A model generated the notes under the pieces. The model was not told the DNA's origin. It made no database searches and saw only the letters and a list, made by a program, of their open reading frames with translations. A DNA stretch of 40,198 nucleotides. Origin: a virus. This document shows, piece after piece, positions 1 to 7,809 of this stretch (position 1 is its first letter; every line of letters begins with the position of its first letter). The stretch is from IMG/VR virus record IMGVR_UViG_3300045988_096677, positions 1 to 40,198 of that record. One strand, written 5' to 3'. Both the position numbers and the translations under genes were made by a program.

Positions 1-75
1 AGAGCGTACCCGAGAGATGTGATTGACCCACACCTCTACCTTCCGGGTGCAGACCCTTGATGGATTCCTCCTTTC
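1..75. repeat. Terminal overlap identical to 40124-40198 (circular closure or terminal redundancy; unique length 40123 bp)
   Basis: Direct reading: both ends read agagcgtacccgagagatgtgattgaccc...cttgatggattcctcctttc. Confidence 0.9.
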
Positions 76-300
76 AAGGTTCAGGATTTGAGGCCAGAGG
101 CCGGAACGACCGGGCGGGTTGTTCCGGGGTATCTGCCCTTACCGGTTCTCCGACGTTCCCTGCCTGAGACCGGCTCGAAATATTGCCAAGATGGTTTTTG
201 GTGTATCTGATATCCGCAATGTTAGTTTACTACCTTTTTCCCGGCTTGGCAATGTTTTTATAGCGATTTTTTAGCCAAACTGTCAAAAGGTGGTGTAAGT

Positions 301-483
301 ATGACGAATCTCGAATTTCGGGCGGAGGTCAAGAAGCAGCTGACCCTCCGGAAATGGACGTATCGGGATCTGGCACGCTGGGCTGGGCTGGGCTATGACG
401 CCGTCCGCCTGTATATGCAAGGCCGTTATCCCAACGATTACCCCAAGGAGCCGATCGCCAAGGCGTTGGGAATCGAGGTGTAG
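301..483 (+). CDS. Cro-like XRE-family HTH protein (60 aa), first gene of the rightward early operon
   Basis: SD aaggtgg 6 nt upstream. HTH-like stretch WTYRDLARWAGLGYDAVRLYMQG. Divergent from the CI-like gene across the circular junction. Confidence 0.7.
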   Translation: MTNLEFRAEVKKQLTLRKWTYRDLARWAGLGYDAVRLYMQGRYPNDYPKEPIAKALGIEV

Positions 484-486
484 CCG

Positions 487-663
487 ATGACGCTCGATTG
501 GATCTTGAACTGTGTCATGTGTTTTTTGGCTGGCGGCGGGATGATGATGCTGGTGCTGATCAGCGCACAACGCCCGAGCCGCAAGGTGCTGGCCGGTTGG
601 ATGTTGTATATCGTCATCGCGCTGGCGTTGGCGTACAAGCTTGGAAAGGTCGTGTTGTTATGA
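487..663 (+). CDS. Small hydrophobic membrane protein (58 aa, below the ORF-track cutoff)
   Basis: My own translation: MTLDWILNCVMCFLAGGGMMMLVLISAQRPSRKVLAGWMLYIVIALALAYKLGKVVLL. SD gaggtg upstream. Two hydrophobic segments. Stop overlaps the next start. Confidence 0.4.
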   Translation: MTLDWILNCVMCFLAGGGMMMLVLISAQRPSRKVLAGWMLYIVIALALAYKLGKVVLL

Positions 664-881
664 TGGCAGTTGGGTGGATCTTCGCGGATCTGGAGATGGC
701 ACTGGGTGCCACCGCATATCAGGCCGCGTGCATCGAGCAGTTTGCGCTGGTTTTTCTGGCCGCGCCGCTGATTCTGGCCGCGCCGTACCTGCTGGCGCGG
801 TGGGATGCTTACAAACGAGCCGACAATGCCCGGCGGCGTGCCGCCCAGAAGCGGCGGATGGAAAGGACGGCGCAGGGATGA
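660..881 (+). CDS. Small membrane protein (73 aa, internal start of track ORF 498..881)
   Basis: MMAVGWIFADLE...FALVFLAAPLILAAPYLLARW hydrophobic core with a basic C-tail. Start overlaps the previous stop. Confidence 0.45.
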   Translation: MMAVGWIFADLEMALGATAYQAACIEQFALVFLAAPLILAAPYLLARWDAYKRADNARRRAAQKRRMERTAQG

Positions 882-1207
882 GCAGCCGAGCAAGTTTCAC
901 CCGCCGCTGTGCGATCTGCGGCAAGGTGATGGAAAATGTAGGCGCGACGCGCCGGTACTGCACGCCCTGCCGCAAGCACAAGGACGTGGTGAACCATATG
1001 CAGCGGGTGGCATACCTCCGGCGCACTACACCCGACGGTGATGACTGGAAGGAATGGACACCGCCCAAACCGAAGCCGAAACCGGCAGCGGAAAACACCA
1101 TTGGCAGCGTGTGCGCCCGCGCTATTGCTGCTGGCCACACCTACGGCCAGCAAGTAGAATTTGAGCGCAGACAGAAGGAGCTGAGAGAACGTGGCGAAAT
1201 CGACTAG
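878..1207 (+). CDS. Zinc-ribbon protein (CxxC...CxxC), 109 aa
   Basis: Internal start of track ORF 641..1207, ATGA-coupled to the previous stop. Motif CAICGKVMENVGATRRYCTPC. The longer upstream extension overlaps preceding genes. Confidence 0.55.
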   Translation: MSSRASFTRRCAICGKVMENVGATRRYCTPCRKHKDVVNHMQRVAYLRRTTPDGDDWKEWTPPKPKPKPAAENTIGSVCARAIAAGHTYGQQVEFERRQKELRERGEID

Positions 1208-1427
1208 AACCGAGGCCTGGCATGAGAGCTACAAGGCCATTTTCGGGCGGTACGGGTGCATCCGGCTGACGCTGGAGCAGGTCTCCGTCTGTATGGGGAT
1301 CCCGGCGCGGTACGTCCGCAAGCGTTACCCGAATGGCTGGGCGAACATGGCCGGTGAAGAGGGCAAGGGGCACGGGAACACAATCCGGCTCGATACCCTG
1401 CTGGATCAAGAGTATGGGACGTACTGA
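1191..1427 (+). CDS. Hypothetical protein, possible small DNA-binding protein (78 aa, GTG start)
   Basis: Track ORF in operon orientation. No clear SD and the start is uncertain. Confidence 0.4.
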   Translation: MAKSTRTEAWHESYKAIFGRYGCIRLTLEQVSVCMGIPARYVRKRYPNGWANMAGEEGKGHGNTIRLDTLLDQEYGTY

Positions 1428-1656
1428 TCTTGACCGGCGGTTCGGCCAGCGATTGAAAGACCTGCGGAGGGTACACGGCTTCCGGCAGAGAGATGTCGCT
1501 TTGGAACTCCGGATCGGTATCTATACACTCCAGAGCTATGAGCAAGGCAGGACGGAGCCGGATCTGGAGCTGCTGACGGATATGTGCCGCCTGTATCAAG
1601 TGTCTGCGGATTACCTGCTGGGGCTGTCCGACCGGTGCGATCCACCGAAAGAATGA
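1414..1656 (+). CDS. XRE-family HTH transcriptional regulator (80 aa)
   Basis: Internal ATG of track ORF 1333..1656. FGQRLKDLRRVHGFRQRDVALELRIGIYTLQSYEQGRTEPDLELL is a classic HTH_3 pattern. Confidence 0.7.
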   Translation: MGRTDLDRRFGQRLKDLRRVHGFRQRDVALELRIGIYTLQSYEQGRTEPDLELLTDMCRLYQVSADYLLGLSDRCDPPKE

Positions 1657-1657
1657 G

Positions 1658-1927
1658 GTGACAACAATGATGACAGAAATGGACAAGCTGGACGCGATGC
1701 TTACCGAGCGGGGCGTTGAGCACACCTACGACCGGGATTATCAGGACTGCGGCACACAGATCATCGTCTATGAGCACGGTGAACGTGTGTGGGATGCAGT
1801 CTGCACCCGGTTTTCCTACGGCGGCAAAGACGGCTATCTCGAGGTGATGGCCGAAAACCTCCCGATGAAAGTCGAGGGCTGGCTGACCGCAGAGCAGGTC
1901 ATGAAGATGGCGTATGGGGAGGACTAA
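1658..1927 (+). CDS. Hypothetical protein (89 aa)
   Basis: SD gaggtga upstream. Tightly packed in the early operon. Confidence 0.6.
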   Translation: MTTMMTEMDKLDAMLTERGVEHTYDRDYQDCGTQIIVYEHGERVWDAVCTRFSYGGKDGYLEVMAENLPMKVEGWLTAEQVMKMAYGED

Positions 1928-1928
1928 G

Positions 1929-2207
1929 ATGGAAAATTACGAGCAGATCGTCCAGATGCTGAACGACAGCGTCAGCACCGTGCCGAACCGCGAGATCGGC
2001 ACCGCAAGCGGCTGCCTGCTGCTGGCCGCGCTGAACATTTGCGAGGACGCGATTGCCTGCCTTGCACACTACCTGAAGAACCCGCAAGAGGATCGGGCGG
2101 AGTACATGGCTCTGGATCAGAAAAAGGCGATGTTCCAGATCCAGCGCATTCTCGGGGTTCTGGCCGAGCTGGAAGGTCTGGAAGACCACAGCGAGTATTG
2201 CCAATAA
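1929..2207 (+). CDS. Hypothetical protein (92 aa)
   Basis: ATG at 1929 preceded by ggagga. In frame with track ORF 1914..2207. Confidence 0.55.
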   Translation: MENYEQIVQMLNDSVSTVPNREIGTASGCLLLAALNICEDAIACLAHYLKNPQEDRAEYMALDQKKAMFQIQRILGVLAELEGLEDHSEYCQ

Positions 2208-2301
2208 TCCCGGCGCACCAATGGCGGCAGGTGCCAAAATAAGAGCCGCTGCCAGCGCGAGAGCGCGAGAAAAAATAACCCGAAACTGGAGGAACTACAC
2301 A

Positions 2302-2673
2302 ATGGAGAAAGACAGAATCGTTGTAGACGGCGTGGAGTATGTGCGGGCTGACAGCATCGCAAACGACATCATGGCAGAGCCTCTTGATGGAATGCCCTAT
2401 TGCATGGTGCGCACCTATAGCGCGGGCGTTTTTGCGGGGTACATCGAGAGGCGCGTGGGCAATGAAGCAACGCTCCGCAACGCCCGGCGCATCTGGTACT
2501 GGGATGGTGCAGCAAGCCTGTCTCAGCTTGCCACCGATGGCACCAGCAAGCCGGAAAACTGTAAATTTCCGTGTCCGGTTGACCGCGTGACCCTGACTGA
2601 GGTGATCGAAATCATTCCGATCACCGAGAAGGCAAAAAAGAGCATCGAGGGTGTTGCGATATGGAAGATGTAA
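2302..2673 (+). CDS. Hypothetical protein (123 aa)
   Basis: ATG at 2302 preceded by ggagga. In frame with track ORF 2221..2673. Confidence 0.6.
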   Translation: MEKDRIVVDGVEYVRADSIANDIMAEPLDGMPYCMVRTYSAGVFAGYIERRVGNEATLRNARRIWYWDGAASLSQLATDGTSKPENCKFPCPVDRVTLTEVIEIIPITEKAKKSIEGVAIWKM

Positions 2674-2882
2674 TTAACGGCTCCGGTTCCGGCTGCGGTT
2701 CCGGCCGTGGCTACGGTTCCGGCCGTGGCTACGGTTCCGGCCGTGGCTACGACTCCGGCCGCGGCTCCGGCCGTGGCTGCGGTTCCGGCTTTGGCGACGG
2801 CTTCGGCTCCATCGGCGGCTCCGGCGACGGATCCGGCTATGGCAACGGCTTCGGCTTCAGCGGCGGCTCCGGTAACGGCTGA
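2661..2882 (+). CDS. Glycine-rich low-complexity repeat protein (GSGRGY / GSG / GFG repeats), 73 aa
   Basis: Track ORF. Start overlaps the upstream stop. Nearly the whole protein is G/S/R/Y/F repeats encoded by an 18-bp DNA tandem repeat. Confidence 0.5.
   Translation: MEDVINGSGSGCGSGRGYGSGRGYGSGRGYDSGRGSGRGCGSGFGDGFGSIGGSGDGSGYGNGFGFSGGSGNG
2697..2750. repeat. 18-bp perfect tandem repeat ggttccggccgtggctac x3, with degenerate copies continuing to about 2880
   Basis: Read directly: copies at 2697-2714, 2715-2732 and 2733-2750. Confidence 0.9.
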
Positions 2883-2897
2883 TTAGTCGAACCTCCA

Positions 2898-3266
2898 ATG
2901 ATGGCAGGAGGAAAAACAAAAGCCATCACCATTGCGCGAGAGCGCAAGAAAAATAAGAAAGTTGAGGTAAGTATTATGTGCGAAAACTGCAAACCCGCAT
3001 CGGCTCCCTCCTATCGCCGGAAGTATAGCAAGGACGCTAAGGCGATGGGGCGTGCGATGTACAAGCTGCTTATTAACGGACCGCTGGACAAGTCCGCAGC
3101 CGTCTTGACCGTAGAAGAGGCACGAGACGCCTGCTCTTACTGCCGGACGTTGGTAGAGCGTGACGTCCGCCTGCTGGTGTACAGCTACGATCCTAACGCT
3201 GATCCGGCAGATGCTGAGGACGTTGCGATGCTTGAGGAGGCTGAGGAGGCGGGCACGGATGTCTAA
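2898..3266 (+). CDS. Hypothetical protein with acidic C-terminus (122 aa; alternative start ATG 2976 with SD gaggt)
   Basis: Track ORF. CxxC...CxxC-like cysteines (CENC...CSYC). Start ambiguous. Confidence 0.5.
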   Translation: MMAGGKTKAITIARERKKNKKVEVSIMCENCKPASAPSYRRKYSKDAKAMGRAMYKLLINGPLDKSAAVLTVEEARDACSYCRTLVERDVRLLVYSYDPNADPADAEDVAMLEEAEEAGTDV

Positions 3267-3438
3267 GGACAACACCCCCACCTACGATCAGAGCGTGATC
3301 GGCTACACCATCACCGCGCTGCGGATGGCAGATATCCCGCCCGAAAAGATCAATGAGATCGTGTGCGAGCTCCGGCACGTCCTCGAGGACCACACCCCGG
3401 CGGAAATGGCGACGGTCGCCGTTTCCAGCCCCTACTGA
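3259..3438 (+). CDS. Hypothetical protein (59 aa)
   Basis: ATG 3259 preceded by gaggagg at 8 nt. Overlaps the previous stop. In frame with track ORF 3160..3438. Confidence 0.5.
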   Translation: MSKDNTPTYDQSVIGYTITALRMADIPPEKINEIVCELRHVLEDHTPAEMATVAVSSPY

Positions 3439-3452
3439 GGGAGGTGGATGTG

Positions 3453-4064
3453 ATGGCAACCGGAAAACCCGCATCTCGCAGAACGCCAGTAAAGCACCCT
3501 GCGAGCGTCTGTGAGAGTGTTTCTGTTTCAAACGTTAAATTCCCTGTTGAACTTCCAAAACCCCGCCAGACAGCTCCGGAGGAGTGTGTGGTGCTGATTG
3601 TGGAGACATCGGAGGATGCCGTCCGCGTCCGGGTCATCCCCCGGGAGCCTTCCGTCCGGCAGATTCTGGACGATACCTACGGCCCCGGCGGGTGGTGCAA
3701 GCGGCAATATTTTGCGGATGGTCAGCTGTGGTGCGCGGTCGGCGTGTACTGCCCGGCGACCGGGGAGTATGTCTACAAGGACGCTGCCGCGATCCCGCTT
3801 CCCTGCCGTGACCCTGCCTTGATGCGCACCACGACCAGTTTTCTGGCGGCGGCGTCCATTTGGGGCGCAGGGCGCGACGTGATGGAGCTGGGAAACCTGC
3901 TGCTCAAGAGCACGCAGGTGCCCATCGTTCAAGGCGAGCGGGAACGTTACCGGCTGAACACGTCTTTGCGGGTGGATCGCTTTGCCCGGGATGAGGCCGG
4001 CCGGATCACCATGGTGCAGTTCGAGCTGGCCGACGGAAAGAAAGCCTTATGGGAAAAGACCTGA
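3453..4064 (+). CDS. Putative Rad52/Sak-like single-strand annealing protein (203 aa)
   Basis: SD gggaggtgg upstream of ATG 3453. Motif ILDDTYGPGGWCKRQYF...CAVGVY resembles the Rad52/Sak core (LDxxxGxxGW). Sits directly upstream of NinB/Orf and near SSB. Confidence 0.5.
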   Translation: MATGKPASRRTPVKHPASVCESVSVSNVKFPVELPKPRQTAPEECVVLIVETSEDAVRVRVIPREPSVRQILDDTYGPGGWCKRQYFADGQLWCAVGVYCPATGEYVYKDAAAIPLPCRDPALMRTTTSFLAAASIWGAGRDVMELGNLLLKSTQVPIVQGERERYRLNTSLRVDRFARDEAGRITMVQFELADGKKALWEKT

Positions 4065-4603
4065 TTGGCAAGCTGCCGGTGATTTACGATCCCAAAACGC
4101 AGCACGTCACCGTGGAGAACTCGGTGGAGTTTGTGGAAACCCAGATCCGCCAGAAATTGGACGATCTGGCACACGGTGAGCCGCTGCGTCTGACCGTGAC
4201 CCTCGAGCAATACCGCCGGAAGCGGTCACTCGAGCAAAACCGGATGATGTGGGCATTGCTGACCATCATGGCGCACGCCTACAACGCCGGGCAGGGCGGC
4301 GGGATCTCGCCGGAGGACTGCTACATCGAGATGCTGGAAGAGTTCGGACTGGAATATTACTTTCTCGAGGTCCCGCAGAAAGCTCTCCCGGCGGTGCGGC
4401 AGACGTTCAAGCTGGTTCACGTTGTCGAGCTGTTGGACAATGACCGATGCACCGTCAAGGCGTCCATGGGCTCCAGCAGCTTCTCGACAGCCCAGATGAC
4501 GGATTTTATCAACCGAATTTTTGACCGGCTGGCGGAAATGGGCGTCAATGACCCCAATGTGACCGCTTGCTGGATGGAGTGGCAGGAGGTGCCGAAAAAG
4601 TGA
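4049..4603 (+). CDS. ninB: NinB/Orf-family recombination mediator (184 aa)
   Basis: RSLEQNRMMWALL matches the lambda Orf/NinB signature RSLDQNRKLWACL. Sits in a recombination module. Confidence 0.75.
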   Translation: MGKDLIGKLPVIYDPKTQHVTVENSVEFVETQIRQKLDDLAHGEPLRLTVTLEQYRRKRSLEQNRMMWALLTIMAHAYNAGQGGGISPEDCYIEMLEEFGLEYYFLEVPQKALPAVRQTFKLVHVVELLDNDRCTVKASMGSSSFSTAQMTDFINRIFDRLAEMGVNDPNVTACWMEWQEVPKK

Positions 4604-4938
4604 GCGCGTCCATCATGCAATCCCGGCGGGAGTGTTACGTCTGCCGGATGCTGTACGGCGTTGTGACGGCGCAGGGTCTCGAAGAGCACCATGTGCTCAA
4701 CGGTCCGCTCCGGCCGATGGCCGAACAATACGGCCTCAAGGTATGGCTGTGCCACCGGCACCACAACGAGCTGGGATACAGCGCACATTTCGACCACCGG
4801 CTCCGGCTGTACCTCAAGAAACAAGCCCAGCAGAATTTTGAAGCTGTGTATGACCACCGTCAGTGGATGGAGATAGTCGGAAAGAATTATCTGAGATATG
4901 CTCAATGTAGTAGCGATCATGGGGCGTCTTGTCGCTGA
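4600..4938 (+). CDS. HNH-like zinc-binding protein (CxxC...HH...CxxHH), function unknown
   Basis: GTG 4600 overlaps the ninB stop (GTGA), with ggagg 11 nt upstream; alternative ATG at 4615. Motifs ECYVCRM, EEHHVLNG, WLCHRHHN. Confidence 0.5.
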   Translation: MSASIMQSRRECYVCRMLYGVVTAQGLEEHHVLNGPLRPMAEQYGLKVWLCHRHHNELGYSAHFDHRLRLYLKKQAQQNFEAVYDHRQWMEIVGKNYLRYAQCSSDHGASCR

Positions 4939-5344
4939 TCCGGAGCTGCGCACCACCCAGAGCGGGAACAATGTGTGCAGCTTCCGGGTCGCCTGCGACC
5001 GGAACTATGCCCCGCAAGGGCAGGAACGGCAGGCGGATTTTATCGACGTCGTGGCGTGGCGTTATCAAGCGGATTTTGTCTGCAAGTATTTCCACAAGGG
5101 CAGTCTGATTGCCGTATCCGGCAGCCTGCAGACCCGGAATTATCAGGACAAGAACGGCAACAAGCGGACGGCGGTGGAAGTGCTGGCCGACAATATCAGC
5201 TTTGCTGGGGCGAAAAAGACCGAGACCGTGGATGACGGCGGCGAAGCACCGCCCAAGGATTACCGAGAGCCTGCTCCGGCATACGCACAGGGTAGCAACG
5301 ATGATTTTGCCGTTCTCAGCGACGACGAAGACCTGCCGTTTTGA
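4898..5344 (+). CDS. ssb: Single-stranded DNA-binding protein
   Basis: N-terminal OB-fold signature MLNVVAIMGRLVADPELRTTQSGNNVCSFRVA, and the acidic C-terminal tip DDEDLPF. Confidence 0.9.
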   Translation: MLNVVAIMGRLVADPELRTTQSGNNVCSFRVACDRNYAPQGQERQADFIDVVAWRYQADFVCKYFHKGSLIAVSGSLQTRNYQDKNGNKRTAVEVLADNISFAGAKKTETVDDGGEAPPKDYREPAPAYAQGSNDDFAVLSDDEDLPF

Positions 5345-5369
5345 TTGCCCCATCGGGGGGGAGGCGTGT

Positions 5370-6326
5370 ATGAAGGAAAGAAAGAAGAAAAACAGGTATC
5401 TCAACATCCAAGACTGGATGATCGATGACCTGCACCTCAAGGGGAACGACCTGCTGGCCTATGCTCTGATCTATGGGTTTTCGCAGGATGAAGAGAGCGC
5501 ATACAGCGGCAGCTATGCTTATGTCATGTATTGGCTGAGCGTCGATGAGCGGTCGGCAGTGCGCATCCTCAAGCGGCTGGAATCCATGGGGCTGATCCGG
5601 AAATGGAAAGTCCGGGTCAACGGCGTGCTCGTCAACCGCTGGACGGCTTCCACGGAGCTGCCGGAGCCAGAGACCGTGGTGACAGAAGAGGAACCGGAAC
5701 CCTTCGAAGGGGTGACAAAATGTCACCCCCGACAAAATGTCACCCCTGACAAAATGTCAGTCAGAGGGGTGACAAAATGTCAGTCAGGGGGTGACAAAAT
5801 GTCACCCAATAATCTAATAGAGAAACCTAATAGGGAAATCTATCTATCTGGCCGCGGGCCAGAGAGGATGGATGGAACAACATCCGACTGGCAGGAATCT
5901 CTGGATCATTTCCGCAACCGGCTAGAACTGGATACGTTGGCCGCGAGGTACGACCCGGAGATGCTGGATGAGATCCTGAACAACATCGTGGAGATGTACA
6001 ACTGCCCGCTGACAGTACAGGCCATCGGGCAATACCCACAGCTGACTGCCAGCGTCCGAAAGCGTCTGGATATGCTGACAAGCCAACACATCGAGTACAT
6101 CATGGACGCGATGTCCAACACAAAGAACCCGGTGAAGAACATCAAGGCGTATTTGAGAACCACCATCCTCAATGCGCCGATCACCATGGAGCATTACTAT
6201 CAGGCACAGGGCAACGCCACAGTTGCCAACCGGTCGGCACAATCTCCTGCGCCGGACATCCCGCAGAAAGTGATCCTGTCGCAGTCGCTGCGAAGAATCG
6301 GGAAAGCAGGTGCGGCGGATGGCTAA
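5370..6326 (+). CDS. Replication initiator / replisome-organizer-like protein with N-terminal winged HTH (318 aa)
   Basis: ATG 5370 after ggggggaggcg; the upstream part of track ORF 5109..6326 overlaps ssb. LKGNDLLAYALIYGFSQDEESAYSGSYAYVMYWLSVDERSAVRILKRLESMGLI is typical of phage Rep wHTH domains. Iterons lie inside the gene. Confidence 0.7.
   Translation: MKERKKKNRYLNIQDWMIDDLHLKGNDLLAYALIYGFSQDEESAYSGSYAYVMYWLSVDERSAVRILKRLESMGLIRKWKVRVNGVLVNRWTASTELPEPETVVTEEEPEPFEGVTKCHPRQNVTPDKMSVRGVTKCQSGGDKMSPNNLIEKPNREIYLSGRGPERMDGTTSDWQESLDHFRNRLELDTLAARYDPEMLDEILNNIVEMYNCPLTVQAIGQYPQLTASVRKRLDMLTSQHIEYIMDAMSNTKNPVKNIKAYLRTTILNAPITMEHYYQAQGNATVANRSAQSPAPDIPQKVILSQSLRRIGKAGAADG
5709..5807. promoter_or_regulatory. 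Iteron array: five copies of GACAAAATGTCA (core palindrome GTGACAAAATGTCAC), candidate replication origin inside the rep gene
   Basis: Copies at 5714-5725, 5731-5742, 5748-5759, 5771-5782 and 5793-5804, spaced 17, 17, 23 and 22 bp. Confidence 0.6.
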
Positions 6327-6498
6327 GAAGATCACGCTCAGTATGCCGGACAGCCCCTGCCGAAACTGCGAGGCGTGCGGAAAGATCTGCTCCAACAGCG
6401 CATACCGCACCTGTCCGCCCTTCCGGATCTGGTTCGAGGAGCGGTGGACGGATATTCAGCTTGCGGCCGAACGCCTCAAGCGCAAAAACGGAAAATAA
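6319..6498 (+). CDS. Small Cys-rich protein (59 aa; alternative GTG start 6310)
   Basis: Track ORF. CRNCEACGKIC...C pattern. Overlaps the rep stop by a few nt. Confidence 0.45.
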   Translation: MAKKITLSMPDSPCRNCEACGKICSNSAYRTCPPFRIWFEERWTDIQLAAERLKRKNGK

Positions 6499-6521
6499 CC
6501 CACAAGGAGGAAAACATCACA

Positions 6522-7316
6522 ATGGTCAACATGAACAAGATCGCAATCATCAACCTCAAGGGCGGCGTCGGCAAGTCCGTCACCGCCTGCAATCTGGCCT
6601 GCATCCTTGCCGAATTGCATTCCCGGCGGGTGCTGGTCATGGATCTGGACAAGCAGGCCAACAGCACCAAGTTTTTCAACCGGTTTTCGGATACGACGGA
6701 CACGATGGGCGACGTGCTGGAACTCCGGGTCAAGCTGCCCGACGTGATCCGGCACACCGATTTCCCCGGCGTAGACATTGCGCCCAGCAACATGACCATG
6801 CTGCTGGCAAACAAAAACGTCATGTTCGACGTCCGCCGCCCGCAGGCCGACCGGCTGAAAAATGCCCTTGAGCCGCTTCGCAGCGAGTATGACTATTGCA
6901 TTTTCGACTGCCCGCCCGATATCGACATGGCGACCATCAATGCTTTGGTCGCTGCCGATTGGGTCATCATCCCGGTGGACTGCGACGAATGGGCGTTAGA
7001 CGGTCTGGCCGAGATCATGGATCAGGTGCGAGACGTCCAGCACGGGTACAACCCGCAGCTTGAGGTCATGGGCGTGCTTGCCACAAAGTATGACCGGGGG
7101 CGGTACTCCATGCAGACCGTCAATCAGATCGCAAATCTTCACATTCCGGCTTTCCGGAACGAGGATGGCAGCGTGATGCGGATCAACTACAGCGTCAAGG
7201 TCAAAGAAGCCAAAGCAGCGCATAAGCCGCTGCACCGGTACACGCCTAACATCCCGTCGAGCGCACAGTATAAGCAGCTGGCCGCGGCGGTCAAAAAAAT
7301 TGCGGAGGGTGAGTAA
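6522..7316 (+). CDS. parA: ParA/Soj-family partition ATPase (264 aa)
   Basis: SD aaggagg upstream of ATG 6522. Deviant Walker A IAIINLKGGVGKSVT. Walker B-like VLVMDLD and IFDCPP. Confidence 0.9.
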   Translation: MVNMNKIAIINLKGGVGKSVTACNLACILAELHSRRVLVMDLDKQANSTKFFNRFSDTTDTMGDVLELRVKLPDVIRHTDFPGVDIAPSNMTMLLANKNVMFDVRRPQADRLKNALEPLRSEYDYCIFDCPPDIDMATINALVAADWVIIPVDCDEWALDGLAEIMDQVRDVQHGYNPQLEVMGVLATKYDRGRYSMQTVNQIANLHIPAFRNEDGSVMRINYSVKVKEAKAAHKPLHRYTPNIPSSAQYKQLAAAVKKIAEGE

Positions 7317-7317
7317 T

Positions 7318-7809
7318 ATGTGGCCGAAAGAACTGATTGACCGAAAATCAGCGATTGACATTGTAAACAACCTCAAATTTAAAATGCTCAGGGCACTAAA
7401 CGAGTCATTCAAAGGCTCAGACGTTCTCTGCGCATTGGAAGCGGCGAAAAGAGAACTTGAAAAGCTCGTGTATTATGTTCCAGACGAATTTTATCCAGAG
7501 TGGAGAAATCCTGAAACAGAACTGCCGAAGGTCGAAACCGAAGTGCTGGTTTTGTACCGCAACGACATTGGCGGATATAGCATTACAACGGCGCACTATG
7601 AAAACGGCAATGTTTTCTCCGAAGACAGCAAATGGTATTGGGAAGATCTTCCCAATTGGGGAACATACGACGAGGAACGGGATGACTACCGAATCCCTGA
7701 AGGATGGTGGGAAAACCGCCACTTCAACCTGGACGAAGTCTACAACAACCAGATAGACCGCCCTGTTGTGGGCTGGATGCCTTTACCGCCGAAAGGAGAA
7801 CAAAAATGA
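7318..7809 (+). CDS. DUF551-like phage protein (163 aa)
   Basis: SD ggagggtgag. C-terminal VVGWMPLPPKGE and ELPKVETEVLVLY resemble DUF551. Visibly AT-richer than its neighbours. Confidence 0.65.
   Translation: MWPKELIDRKSAIDIVNNLKFKMLRALNESFKGSDVLCALEAAKRELEKLVYYVPDEFYPEWRNPETELPKVETEVLVLYRNDIGGYSITTAHYENGNVFSEDSKWYWEDLPNWGTYDEERDDYRIPEGWWENRHFNLDEVYNNQIDRPVVGWMPLPPKGEQK

Noticed and set aside
191-274. 27-codon + ORF (MVFGVSDIRNVSLLPFSRLGNVFIAIF) in the switch leader.
   Set aside because: It has no SD, is very short, and has hydrophobic low-information sequence. It is treated as part of the non-coding leader.
5109-5369. N-terminal extension of the Rep ORF (track start 5109). Similar long extensions occur for 6375..7316, 7704..8936, 11239..12069, 11978..13726, 3363..4064 and 22655..23539.
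   Set aside because: The extensions overlap upstream genes in another frame. Internal starts with good SDs, often ATGA/GTGA-coupled to the upstream stop, give compact operon geometry.
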